A DNA stretch of 64,000 nucleotides from Luteolibacter sp. (lineage in GTDB: Bacteria > Verrucomicrobiota > Verrucomicrobiia > Verrucomicrobiales > Akkermansiaceae), in the NCBI GenBank assembly GCA_039978775.1, contig JBDWAR010000023.1:18304-82303 (forward strand). Reading direction: 5' to 3'. Position 1 is the stretch's first letter; every line of letters begins with the position of its first letter. The position numbers and the translations under genes were made by a program. The notes below the pieces were generated by a model. That model was given only the letters and a program-made list of their open reading frames with translations, made no database searches and was not told the DNA's origin. Below are positions 38,526 to 48,097 of the stretch, piece by piece.

Positions 38526-39149
38526 TTACTTCCTGCGGCGGCGCAGGAGGAAGATTGATGAGAGTGCGCAGAGCGCGGCGGAAGTCGGCTCAGGCACGAC
38601 CTGCCATGTGACCATGTCCTGGGACTTGCTGTTGGTGAGGTAGGTCAGCTGCACGCCGGTGAAGCTGGCTTGGTTGGCGAGGTAGGTGTTGGCCAGGTCA
38701 CGTGTTGCAGAGTTTACGCTGTCGATTTTCACGTCACCACTGGAGAGAGTGAAACTGCTAGATGTTTCCGCCAAGACTTCCCAGATCGCCCACTGGACGG
38801 CTGCGGCCTCAGAAGCGGACTGGGTGGATGCCAAGAAGCCCCCGACCAGGCGGGAGATGATGGCGGCGTTTTTCAAAGTAGAGATATCCTGGATCTGATA
38901 AGTCAGCGCCTGATTGGAACTGATGGTCTGCCAAGGATCGACACAGAACGCATCGAATGTGACATCTTTGAAGTTCATGACTCCAGAGTTGTAGCTTTTG
39001 TAGGTGGCACCGCTGACAAAACGTCCTTTGATGATCAATGAAGGCGCAACGTTGTTGAACGTAGTGTCGATGGTCTGGCCGCCGGCGAGGCCGGGGCATA
39101 ATGAGGTGGCCGCGAGAGCAGCGCACCATATAATGGTGTTCGTTTTCAT
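38526..39149 (-). CDS. PEP-CTERM protein with putative Cys-Gln thioester domain
   Basis: Signal peptide; AFCVD (C69), AVQWAIWE, SQDMV (Q177), then VVPEPTSAAL...LLRRRRK. Confidence 0.85.
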   Translation of the reverse strand: MKTNTIIWCAALAATSLCPGLAGGQTIDTTFNNVAPSLIIKGRFVSGATYKSYNSGVMNFKDVTFDAFCVDPWQTISSNQALTYQIQDISTLKNAAIISRLVGGFLASTQSASEAAAVQWAIWEVLAETSSSFTLSSGDVKIDSVNSATRDLANTYLANQASFTGVQLTYLTNSKSQDMVTWQVVPEPTSAALCALSSIFLLRRRRK

Positions 39150-39532
39150 GGGGGGAGGCCATGGGTTTGAGACTTCCCCTCAATAATATCAAGAATGACG
39201 ATATTTCGTCACTTTAGGTGGCTTGTTGTTTTTATAACTCGCTTGGAATGAGTGAGTTATATCAAGTTTACTTGTTGGTTCTGTTTGCGTCTGACAAATC
39301 CAGATGATCGGGAAATATCAACCATTTTGCAGATGGTTCGGGCTTTCGATCAGCGGCTGGCAGTCAGAAGAATTGCATCGGATCAATTCCGATGCACCGC
39401 GTGGAAGTGTATCCGGGAGGCTCGTAGCTGGTGGTGCGGCTGTGCACAGCATCGCTTCTTTCAAAACGTCGACACCGCTAGGGCAACGGATTATCCGTGG
39501 CTTAAGCTCGGTTTTTCTTGGTCAGAAACGTT

Positions 39533-42217
39533 TCAGAAAGCTTCGTCCATGAGCTTCTCCCTGCGCTCGCGGACGAGGCGCACGACGAGGGCGGTCCAGC
39601 CGGTCTGATGGGATGCACCGAGGCCTTCGCCGGATTCCCCGTGGAAATACTCGTGGAAAAGGATCAGGTCTTTCCAATGCGGATCGTCGGAGTAGCGCTT
39701 GGATGCTTCGGATTCGCCAAAGCACGGGCGGTAGCCGTCCTCGGCTTTCTTGAAGAGCGAGATGAGGCGGTCGCAGATGTCGATGGCGATTTCCCGCAGG
39801 GTGAATTCCTTACCGGAGCCGGTGGGGTATTCGACCTTGAAGCTGTCTCCGTAGAAATAGTGGTAGCGCTCGAGCGCCTCAATGAGGATGAAATTAGTCG
39901 GGAACCAGATCGGACCGCGCCAGTTTGAGTTTCCGCCGAACATGTCGGTCGTCGCCTCGCCGGGGGTATAATTGACCTGATGGGTGTCGCCGGCGTATTG
40001 GAAGACGAAAGGCTTGTCTTCGTGAGCTTTGGAAAGCGAACGGATGCCAAAGTTTGAGAGGAACTCCTTCGGGTCGAGCATGTAGTGGAGGCTCTGGCGC
40101 AGGCGTTTCTCGGAAGGGATCGCAAGCAGCACGCGGCCCGAGGATTTCTTGCCGGGGATACGGTTGGCGGTGACGTATTTGAGCAACTCGGGTTTGTTCA
40201 CCAGGAACCAGTCCATGCGCTTGCGGAAGCCGGGGAGCGCATCGATGGTTTTCTGCTTGAGTACGGTGACGGCCGAGAGGGGCAGAAGGCCCACGAGCGA
40301 GCGAATGCGCAGCGGGATGGGTGTCTGGTCTCCGACGATGAGCTGATCGTAGTAAAACTGATCCTGCACGTCCCACAGGCCGTTTCCGCCGAGCGAGTTG
40401 ATCGCATCGCAGATGCTGACGAAGTGCTCGAAGAACTTCGAGGCGATGTCTTCGTAGGCGGGTTTGGTGAGGGCGAGTTCGAGCGCCATGGAGAGCATGG
40501 TGAGGCAGTAGAAACCCATCCATGCGGTGCCGTCCGCCTGCTGGAGGTAGCCACCATCGGGGAGGGCGTGGGAGCGGTCGAAGACCCCGATGTTATCGAG
40601 CCCGAGGAAGCCGCCGCCGAAGACGTGGCGGCCGTCCTTGTCCTTGCGGTTGATCCACCAGGTGAAGTTGAGGAGCAGTTTCTGGAAGGCCTTTTCGAGG
40701 AACAGGAGGTCGCGCTCGCCCTTCTGGTCTGCGATCTTGTAGACACGCCAGACAGCCCATGCGTGCACGGGCGGATTGACGTCGGAGAAATTCCATTCGT
40801 AGGCGGGGAGCTGGCCGTTGGGGTGCATGTACCACTCCCGTAGTAGCAGGAGGAGCTGATGCTTTGTGAAAGCGGAGTCCACCGCGCAGAAGGGAAGCAT
40901 GTGGAAGGCGGTGTCCCATGCGGCGAACCATGGGTATTCCCACTTGTCGGGCATCGAGAGGATGTTTTTGGCATGGAAGTGCTGCCAGTCGTGGTTGCGT
41001 CCGATGGCGCGGTTGGCGGGGGGATGCGGCATTTCCTTGTCGCCCTTGAGCCATGTCTCGACCACGAAGTAGAAGAACTGCTTGGTCCACAGGAGTCCGG
41101 CGTATCCTTGGCGGCAGATCATTTCCTCTTCCGCGGAAATGCCTTTCGGGATGACGTCGCCATAGAATTCATCCGCTTCGGCGATACGTTGCGAGAAGGT
41201 TTCGTCGAACTGGTCGAGGCCTTGCAAGCCGTTGTCTTCTTCAACAAGGTGCAGGCGGCAGCGGATGGTGACGGTTTCCCCGGCCGGGATGCGGAATACG
41301 TAATGCGCGGCGGCTTTTGTGCCGGTGAGATCGGGGGAAACCGCTTTCTTCTGTTTTCCGATGACGTGCCTGTGGAAGGCATCCTTGACGTAAGGATTGA
41401 TGTTTTTATCGCCGCCCTGAATCTCGTGGTTGGTATCGTTATCGGTGAACAGCCATTTGGGGGGAGTTTTCGACGCATCTTTGTCGATGTGGAAACGGAA
41501 ATCCCCGAGGATGCCGTGGGTGAGGAAGAGCGAGTCTCCATCGAGGCGGATGTTGGGTTTTTCGATGGGGGCCTCTTCGTCGGTGTCCCAGCTCCAGGTG
41601 TTCCGGAACCATACGGTGGGGAGGATGTGGAGCGGTGCTGCGACGGGGCCGCGGTTGCTGACGGTGATCTTCCAGAGGATGTCATCGGGGCTGCGCTTGG
41701 CGCATTCCTGAACGATGTCGAAGTAACGGCTCTCGTCGAAAATGCCGGTGTCCGCGAGTTCCAGCTCGGGGCCGAGGCGACCGAGTTTTTCGTTTTGAAC
41801 GCGGATATCGGTGTAAGGGTATTTCGCGTGGGGGTATTTGTAGAGCGCCTTGGTGTAGGAATGGGTGGGTGTGGAATCGAGGTAGTAGTAGCACTCCTTC
41901 ACATCCTCACCGTGGTTGCCTTCGTTTCCGGCGAGGCCGAAGAGGCGCTCCTTGAGGATGGAGTCTTTGCCATTCCAAAATGCGGGTGAGAAGCAGAGTC
42001 GGCATTTGCGGTCGCACCAGCCCTGCAGGCCGTCTTCGCCCCAGCGGTAGGCGCGGCTGCGTGCTTGATCGTGCGGAAAGGCTGCCCATGAATTTCCATG
42101 ATCTGAGTAGTCCTCACGGACGGTGCCCCACTGGCGCTCGCTGAGATAGGGGCCCCAGCGTTTCCAGTTTTTGGAGCGATCTCCGTCCTCGGAAAGTCTG
42201 ATGTTTTCTTGGTTCAT
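39533..42217 (-). CDS. MGH1-like glycoside hydrolase (GH63-related glucosidase)
   Basis: WKRWGPYLSERQWGTVREDYS, HGEDVKE.YYY, SMPDKWEYPWFAAWD, GFLGLDNIG, FHEYFHG..G.GLGASHQTGWT. Confidence 0.88.
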   Translation of the reverse strand: MNQENIRLSEDGDRSKNWKRWGPYLSERQWGTVREDYSDHGNSWAAFPHDQARSRAYRWGEDGLQGWCDRKCRLCFSPAFWNGKDSILKERLFGLAGNEGNHGEDVKECYYYLDSTPTHSYTKALYKYPHAKYPYTDIRVQNEKLGRLGPELELADTGIFDESRYFDIVQECAKRSPDDILWKITVSNRGPVAAPLHILPTVWFRNTWSWDTDEEAPIEKPNIRLDGDSLFLTHGILGDFRFHIDKDASKTPPKWLFTDNDTNHEIQGGDKNINPYVKDAFHRHVIGKQKKAVSPDLTGTKAAAHYVFRIPAGETVTIRCRLHLVEEDNGLQGLDQFDETFSQRIAEADEFYGDVIPKGISAEEEMICRQGYAGLLWTKQFFYFVVETWLKGDKEMPHPPANRAIGRNHDWQHFHAKNILSMPDKWEYPWFAAWDTAFHMLPFCAVDSAFTKHQLLLLLREWYMHPNGQLPAYEWNFSDVNPPVHAWAVWRVYKIADQKGERDLLFLEKAFQKLLLNFTWWINRKDKDGRHVFGGGFLGLDNIGVFDRSHALPDGGYLQQADGTAWMGFYCLTMLSMALELALTKPAYEDIASKFFEHFVSICDAINSLGGNGLWDVQDQFYYDQLIVGDQTPIPLRIRSLVGLLPLSAVTVLKQKTIDALPGFRKRMDWFLVNKPELLKYVTANRIPGKKSSGRVLLAIPSEKRLRQSLHYMLDPKEFLSNFGIRSLSKAHEDKPFVFQYAGDTHQVNYTPGEATTDMFGGNSNWRGPIWFPTNFILIEALERYHYFYGDSFKVEYPTGSGKEFTLREIAIDICDRLISLFKKAEDGYRPCFGESEASKRYSDDPHWKDLILFHEYFHGESGEGLGASHQTGWTALVVRLVRERREKLMDEAF

Positions 42218-42350
42218 GTGAAGCTTTCGCAGGGGGGGTAGCATATTCTGTGCGAAACACTAGAGCTTTCATGTGGGGGCCTGCCGCATGCGCCACCGGC
42301 GTAGGTGCTTTCGGATTGATCCCTCCCACAAATATCGTGCAAAGTGCAGC

Positions 42351-43535
42351 ATGGCTCAGGATTCATTTACCGAAACGACAACGACTGGCTGGTTCTCAAG
42401 GATCGCCGGAGCCTTCAAAGGGATCATCTTTGGACTGATTGCGATTCTCGTTTCGGTGGTTTTGCTCTGGGTGAATGAAGGGCGCGCGGTCAAGACGAAG
42501 AAAACCCTCGAAGAGGGGGCCAAAGATTTCGTGACAGTTTCTTCCGAAAAGGTGGATGCCGCCAATGAGGGGAAACTCGTTTATACGACCGGCCCGGCAG
42601 TCACCACCGCTACCTTGCGCGACGATGAACTGAATGTGAGCGCTGAGGCGCTGAGGCTGAAACGTGTAGTGGAGCACTATCAGTGGAAGGAAGAAAAGGA
42701 TTCGGAGACTAAGAAGAAGCTCGGCGGCAGTGAGGAGACGGTCACGACCTACAATTACGTGAGGAAATGGGTGGATGATCCCATCGATTCCTCGAGTTTC
42801 AAAAAGCCATCCGGGCATGAGAATCCGAAGGCTGCACTCGACGACATCACCATAACCGCGAGCCCGATTACCGTGGGTGCCTTCACACTTTCCAGCGGTC
42901 TGGCGGGAAGGATCGGGAATTTCACCCCGCTCGTTGTCGCCGAAGCTGCAGAAGTCGCCGAAACTGCAGTGGAGACTGAAACGATCGGAGGCAGGAAAGT
43001 ACGTGCCGAAGGCACTGGATACTACATTGGAAAAGATCCAAAAAAACCGGAGGTCGGGGACATGCGGGTCAGCCATGAAGTCGCCCTGCCGGGAGAGGTG
43101 AGTATTATTTCAAGGCAGTTCGGTTCGAGCTTCGAGCCATATTCTGCCGAGGCCGGAGGGAAAATTGAAATGCTATCGAGCGGCAAAGTAAGTGCGGAAT
43201 CCATGTTCGAGAGCGCCCAGAAATCGAACAAGATCCTCACCTGGATTTTGCGCGGAGCGGGTGCGCTGATCATGTTCATCGGCTTCTCCTCGTTGTTCCG
43301 TCCGCTCTCGGTCATCGCGGATGTCGTGCCGTTTATCGGCAATATCGTTGAGGTGGGAACGGGCTTCGTGGCCCTGCTGCTGACCATCCCGGTCTCGCTG
43401 ACGGTCATCGCCTTTGCATGGGTGTTCTACCGGCCACTCATCGGCATTCCGTTGCTCGTGGTGGCGGTGGCTGGATTTGTTTTCCTCATCCGCAAGATCA
43501 TGCAGGCGAGAAAGGGTCAGCTGACTACGGCCTAG
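42351..43535 (+). CDS. TMEM43 (DUF1625) family membrane protein
   Basis: FTETTTTGWFSRI, LWVNEGRAV, L.RVVEHYQWKE, W.DDPIDSSSF...GHENP, GDMRVS, C-terminal TM helices. Confidence 0.82.
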   Translation: MAQDSFTETTTTGWFSRIAGAFKGIIFGLIAILVSVVLLWVNEGRAVKTKKTLEEGAKDFVTVSSEKVDAANEGKLVYTTGPAVTTATLRDDELNVSAEALRLKRVVEHYQWKEEKDSETKKKLGGSEETVTTYNYVRKWVDDPIDSSSFKKPSGHENPKAALDDITITASPITVGAFTLSSGLAGRIGNFTPLVVAEAAEVAETAVETETIGGRKVRAEGTGYYIGKDPKKPEVGDMRVSHEVALPGEVSIISRQFGSSFEPYSAEAGGKIEMLSSGKVSAESMFESAQKSNKILTWILRGAGALIMFIGFSSLFRPLSVIADVVPFIGNIVEVGTGFVALLLTIPVSLTVIAFAWVFYRPLIGIPLLVVAVAGFVFLIRKIMQARKGQLTTA

Positions 43536-43574
43536 ATTTCCAGGAATATTTCGTTGGGTGGAATTGTTGAAGAA

Positions 43575-43842
43575 GTCAGCCTCATTCCTGTTAGTGAAAC
43601 CCAACTTTTCGCGTCTTCTTGTCGCAGCACTGTTGGTGACGTGTGCGGTTTCCGCCTCCCACGTCGCCTATGGCTCAATCCGTATGGAACCGGTTTTCAT
43701 GATCCTCGGTCAGAGCTCCGCCACCGCCGGAGTGATTGCCATCGATAAAGGGGTCGCCGTGCAGGATGTGGCTTATGCCGATTTGAAGAAGAAGCATATC
43801 GAAGACGGGCAGGTGCTGAACTACGAGGGGCGGATCAAGTAA
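43575..43842 (+). pseudogene. C-terminal remnant of an FAD-dependent oxidoreductase
   Basis: SASHVAYGSIRMEPVFMILGQS...VAVQDVAY.DL...DGQVL is the typical end of this family; the N-terminal part is absent. Confidence 0.7.
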
Positions 43843-43940
43843 GTTAGTTTTATCTTGTTCTCTCTTTTTTAATTCGTTATACGCGGATGCTATCGATATT
43901 TTTTTAGAGTGTCGGATGTGGCGAAAATACCTAACAAAAA

Positions 43941-44615
43941 GTGGGGGTGAATGATGTGAAAATACTATGGAAATGTGCGGTGCCGGTAATCGGTGGATTG
44001 ATGGGGGCAACGTATTTGGATGCTGGAGTGACACTTCAACCGGTTTCGGTAATCGCGTATGCGCCGATGGGGCAATTCGACAATGCGAGCTTTTCAGCGA
44101 CAAATCTGATCAATCAGAGCGGTTTGGTGGTCGGTTACACCAGCGGAATCACGGATTTTGCGAGCTACATCGCGAGCAATCCGATCGATAATAAGTCTCC
44201 AGGCTATTGGGCGAGCACCGCCGGGAATACGACGGGGATACTCGAGTTCGACCTTGGATCGCTCGCGATGATTCAATCGTTCGCCCTTTGGAATAACGGG
44301 GGCGGATCGAATCACAATATCATTGGATTTGATCTAGTGGGTGATGCTGACGGGGATTTTAATACGGGATCGGTTTCGCTTCTTATCGGTCAAAATGCAA
44401 ATCCCAATACCGGTGCGTTCCTTGAGACCTTGCCCGAAGTTTTCACTTTCGCGCCTACGGAAGTCAGATATGTGCGGATGATCATCAGCAGCAACAATGG
44501 AAACACCACTTTCACCCAAGCAGCAGAGGTGATGTTCGAGCAGGTTCCAGAGCCAACTGTCGCCAGTCTTACTCTTGCCAGTATGGTTTTTCTTCTAAGG
44601 CGGTGCAGGCGATAA
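43941..44615 (+). CDS. PEP-CTERM protein with F5/8C-like domain
   Basis: LEFDLG...IQSFALWN, VRYVRM.I.SN.G; ends VPEPTVASLTLASMVFLLRRCRR; start uncertain. Confidence 0.85.
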   Translation: MGVNDVKILWKCAVPVIGGLMGATYLDAGVTLQPVSVIAYAPMGQFDNASFSATNLINQSGLVVGYTSGITDFASYIASNPIDNKSPGYWASTAGNTTGILEFDLGSLAMIQSFALWNNGGGSNHNIIGFDLVGDADGDFNTGSVSLLIGQNANPNTGAFLETLPEVFTFAPTEVRYVRMIISSNNGNTTFTQAAEVMFEQVPEPTVASLTLASMVFLLRRCRR

Positions 44616-44687
44616 CGGTCCTGCCTAGTGAAGGCATGCGCATGCGCGTAGTGTCGTTCAGACAAAACGCGTGAATGGAATGTTCCT

Positions 44688-45698
44688 CTAGTTTTTCAGG
44701 ATGATGCGATGACGTGCCTTGCCCGCGCGGAGGTGATCCAAGGCATCATTCACCTCCGCCATCGCGAAGGTTTCTGTGACCGGCGCGATCTTGTGGCGCG
44801 CGCAGAAATCTAACATCGTGGCGACGGTGGACGGCGATGCGAGAGGCGATCCGGAAATGGATTTCCTACCCATGATAAGTGAGAAAGCCTGCACGGGAAC
44901 CGGCTCCAGCACCGCGCCGACGAAGTGCAGTCTCCCATCGGGGCCGAGCGCGTTGATGTAGGCATCCCACTCGAGCGGGACGTTGGTGGTGTTGAGGATG
45001 AAATCGAAGGAACCTTGGAGTTTCTCCAACTCCGAGGGCTTGGTGCTGTTGATGACGTGATGCGCGCCGAGTTTCTTCGCTTCATCGGTTTTCGATTCGC
45101 TGGAGGTGAAGGCCGTGACCTCGCAGCCCCATGCATTGAGGAACTGCAGCGCGAGGTGGCCAAGGCCGCCGATCCCGATGACTCCGACACGATCCGTCGG
45201 CTTGATGCCGAAGTCCGCGATGGGCGAGAATACCGTGGCTCCTCCACAGAAGAGCGGGCCGGCGCTGGCGGGATCGAGCCCAGCGGGGAGCTTGAAAACC
45301 CATTCCCAATTCGCGCGGACACGGTCGGCGAATCCTCCGTGGCGTCCCACGATGGTGGACTCGCTATTGGCGCAAAGTTGTTGGCGGCCGGAAATGCATG
45401 GTTGGCAGGACAGGCAGCTGCCTGAGAACCATCCAAGCCCGACCCGGTCCCCGACCTTGAGTCCTTTTGCCTGATCACCGATCTTTTCGATGGTGCCGAT
45501 CACCTCGTGTCCCGGGACGAGCGGGTATTGCGCGTTGCCCCATTCGTTATCGATCAGGGAAAGGTCCGAGTGGCAGATGCCGCAGGATTCGATCTTGATC
45601 TGCACCTGATCGGGTTTCATTGCGCCGGGATCGAATTCGAATTCCGAAAGTTTCCCGCCTTTTTCCTTGGTCGCCCATCCGTTGAATTTTTCGCTCAT
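44688..45698 (-). CDS. ahr: Zn-dependent NADPH aldehyde reductase (Ahr/YjgB-like)
   Basis: CGICHSD, LVPGHEVIG, CLSCQPC, GPLFCGGATVFSP, GIGGLGHLA. Confidence 0.9.
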   Translation of the reverse strand: MSEKFNGWATKEKGGKLSEFEFDPGAMKPDQVQIKIESCGICHSDLSLIDNEWGNAQYPLVPGHEVIGTIEKIGDQAKGLKVGDRVGLGWFSGSCLSCQPCISGRQQLCANSESTIVGRHGGFADRVRANWEWVFKLPAGLDPASAGPLFCGGATVFSPIADFGIKPTDRVGVIGIGGLGHLALQFLNAWGCEVTAFTSSESKTDEAKKLGAHHVINSTKPSELEKLQGSFDFILNTTNVPLEWDAYINALGPDGRLHFVGAVLEPVPVQAFSLIMGRKSISGSPLASPSTVATMLDFCARHKIAPVTETFAMAEVNDALDHLRAGKARHRIILKN

Positions 45699-45783
45699 GC
45701 AAACAACCTGCCGGGGAAGTGGCGCAAGGCAAACGAAGAATGTCCGCAACCACGATGCTCCCTGAGGGGTTACTACCTACCTG

Positions 45784-46743
45784 ATGAAAACTCCAACGCT
45801 CCTTGCCCTCCTTGTCTCGTGCGCGGTGTCTAATGCCGAGACCCGTAGCTACGATCCTCTCAACATCGAAAAAGGAGAGGTTGCTTCCGAAACCTTCGAG
45901 GTCAAAGACGCCTCCCGCGACCGGGTGATTCCATTGCGGGTGTATCTTCCTGAAAGCGAAGAACCCGCTCCCGTGGTCATTTTCTCACACGGTCTTGGTG
46001 GCTCGCGGGATAACAATCCCTACCTCGGCAACCATTGGGCGAAACGCGGCTACGCGGTGGTCTTCGTCCAGCATCCCGGCAGCGACGAAAGTGTGTGGAA
46101 GGATGTGCCGGCGAGAGACCGCATGGCGGCCATGAAAGCTGCGGCTTCTGCCGAGGCTTTCGCTGACAGGGTGAAAGATGTGCCCGCGACGATTGATGCG
46201 ATCACCGCCTGGAACAAAGAGAAAGATCACGCACTTTTCGGAAGGCTGGATATCGAGCACATCGGCATGTCAGGTCATTCCTTCGGTGCTCGCACCACCC
46301 AAATGATGGCGGGGGAGAAGCTGGGCGGGAAACTTTCTTCTGCTGAGAAACGCATCGATGCGACGGTGATGATGAGTCCCAGCGGCACGAAGTTCGGCGA
46401 CCCCAAAGCGGTGTTCTCGGACATTACCATCCCATGCCTGTTGATGACCGGCACCGAGGACACTAGCCCGATCGGCGGGACATCCAAGGAGGACAGGCTA
46501 AAAGTTTTCCCCTACGTCGGCGGCCCTGCCTGGCAGGTGAACTTCGATGGCGCGCAGCACTCAGCCTTCGGCCAGCGCGCAGGGCGGGGGGAAGGGGAAT
46601 ACCATCAGCGCATCCTTGCCCTGACGACCGCCTTCTGGGACGCGCACTTGAAAGGCGATGCCGCCGCAAAAGCATGGCTCAACGGTGAAGGCGCAAAGAA
46701 GATCCTCTCGGAGAAGGACTCTTGGGAAATGAACGGCAAGTAG
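45784..46743 (+). CDS. Exported alpha/beta hydrolase (dienelactone hydrolase/PAF-AH-like)
   Basis: FSHGLGGSR, VQHPGSD, GMSGHSFG, MTGTED, AQHSAF. Confidence 0.85.
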   Translation: MKTPTLLALLVSCAVSNAETRSYDPLNIEKGEVASETFEVKDASRDRVIPLRVYLPESEEPAPVVIFSHGLGGSRDNNPYLGNHWAKRGYAVVFVQHPGSDESVWKDVPARDRMAAMKAAASAEAFADRVKDVPATIDAITAWNKEKDHALFGRLDIEHIGMSGHSFGARTTQMMAGEKLGGKLSSAEKRIDATVMMSPSGTKFGDPKAVFSDITIPCLLMTGTEDTSPIGGTSKEDRLKVFPYVGGPAWQVNFDGAQHSAFGQRAGRGEGEYHQRILALTTAFWDAHLKGDAAAKAWLNGEGAKKILSEKDSWEMNGK

Positions 46744-46801
46744 CCCTCCGCATGATCTTCCTGCTTCACGGCATCGCCACGACATCCTATATCATCCGGG
46801 G

Positions 46802-47167
46802 ATGTCAGCATGTGAGATGAAACCCGAGGACAAGAAGGTGCTGGTCGGCAAGGTCGGCCAGAGGCTTGTCGAAAGGCACGGAAAGAAGAAATACTACCGG
46901 CCGGAGGAGGTGAGGAGGGCGACCCTCGACAGCGGATACGGCATCGATGTCGTCTGCTGGGCGCATTGCATCTATCTCTCCCCCGATGTCTTCACCGCCG
47001 TGCACGAGGCCGCCGGCGAGGCCTGTGATCAGGCGGCCATGAAAGCCGAGGTGCTCGAAGATCTGTCAGGGCCGGGTGGTTTTGAATTACCGGACATTGA
47101 CCTCTCATGGCTGGAATGGCCGGATATCGATTTAGCGGATATTTTTGATTGGTTCGATTTTTCCTGA
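46802..47167 (+). CDS. Hypothetical protein
   Basis: Compact ORF with typical codon usage and acidic/aromatic C-terminus; start may be 46817. Confidence 0.6.
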   Translation: MSACEMKPEDKKVLVGKVGQRLVERHGKKKYYRPEEVRRATLDSGYGIDVVCWAHCIYLSPDVFTAVHEAAGEACDQAAMKAEVLEDLSGPGGFELPDIDLSWLEWPDIDLADIFDWFDFS

Positions 47168-47170
47168 GAT

Positions 47171-48013
47171 TCAGTCCGCCACGGGTTGCAGACCGAGTTC
47201 CTTGCGTTTCTCGGCATCTTCCGGATTGTGCATGCCCCAGTAGGCGACGTTCATCAGGCGTTTTTTTAAAGTCGCGGTAGTGGTTCCGGTGGGGGTGGTT
47301 TCCGTCCATTTCCTGATGATGTGGGGGAAGGCGGTGTCGAAGCTGATCGCAAGCGTGCGCTTCAGCGAGGGGTAGCTCAGGGAGTAGGTGGAGGTTTCTT
47401 CGGATTGCTTGAGCTCCGCTTGGGCGGTGGATGCTTCAATCTCTTTGTGGGCGAAGCGCGTGAAGATCGCCCCGGGGATGATTTGCGTTTCACCCGTCGG
47501 GAGCTTTTTCGGATCGAGTCGCAGGGTGATCCAGAGCTCGTCTTCGAGGTAGGTGCAGGGCAGGGTGAAGTCCTTGTCCGCTTCCTGCTCGAAGTAGGAG
47601 CGCAGCTGCACGCTCCAGCCGTCTCCTCGGAGGTTGTACTGCTGGAAGGCCTGGCCACACCAGTCTTGCACGGAGGTATTGGACTTCAGGGCATGGGGAA
47701 ATTTTTCGAGGTCGATGGGTCGGAAGGTGCTCGTCATCGTGCGGTAGGAGTAGATCCCGGTGTTAAAAGTGGTCAGGGCGTTGAGCTTGAGCACATCGGT
47801 GGAGCCCGGCTTGCCGCTCTCGTTTTTCACCTGCTCTGCGATGAGGAATGGCTCGGTCACGAAAATGAGTTCCGCATGCCCCGGATGGTTTTTACCGTAG
47901 CGCGATTGCGAAAGCTCGAAGGAGCTGATCTCCGCCCCATTGAACCAAAAATCGCGGATTGGATCGGCCTGCAAAGGCAGCGTGAAAAAGAAGGGCAGGA
48001 GGAAACGTTTCAT
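47171..48013 (-). CDS. Exported conserved hypothetical protein
   Basis: Signal peptide; FWFNGAEISSF.LSQSRYG, IFVTEPF, VLKLN..FNTGIY.Y..MTS.F, SVQDWCGQ, EDELW..LR. Confidence 0.75.
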   Translation of the reverse strand: MKRFLLPFFFTLPLQADPIRDFWFNGAEISSFELSQSRYGKNHPGHAELIFVTEPFLIAEQVKNESGKPGSTDVLKLNALTTFNTGIYSYRTMTSTFRPIDLEKFPHALKSNTSVQDWCGQAFQQYNLRGDGWSVQLRSYFEQEADKDFTLPCTYLEDELWITLRLDPKKLPTGETQIIPGAIFTRFAHKEIEASTAQAELKQSEETSTYSLSYPSLKRTLAISFDTAFPHIIRKWTETTPTGTTTATLKKRLMNVAYWGMHNPEDAEKRKELGLQPVAD

Positions 48014-48097
48014 GCCGGGAAGGTAGCAGGGATCAACGAAGTTGCCAGTGGTGGAGATTATCCCTTGCGGAAATGGGTATCCGCGCAAGCTTCGCGC

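Noticed and set aside
39150-39530. AT-rich spacer with ORFs 39252..39608 and 39304..39552
   Set aside because: No motif, atypical composition, overlaps the GH63-like gene end; probably promoter or decayed DNA.
47321-48097. N-terminal half of the 516-aa ORF 47321..48871 as a fusion protein
   Set aside because: It is antisense to the 47171..48013 gene; the real protein starts at 48098 with a signal peptide.
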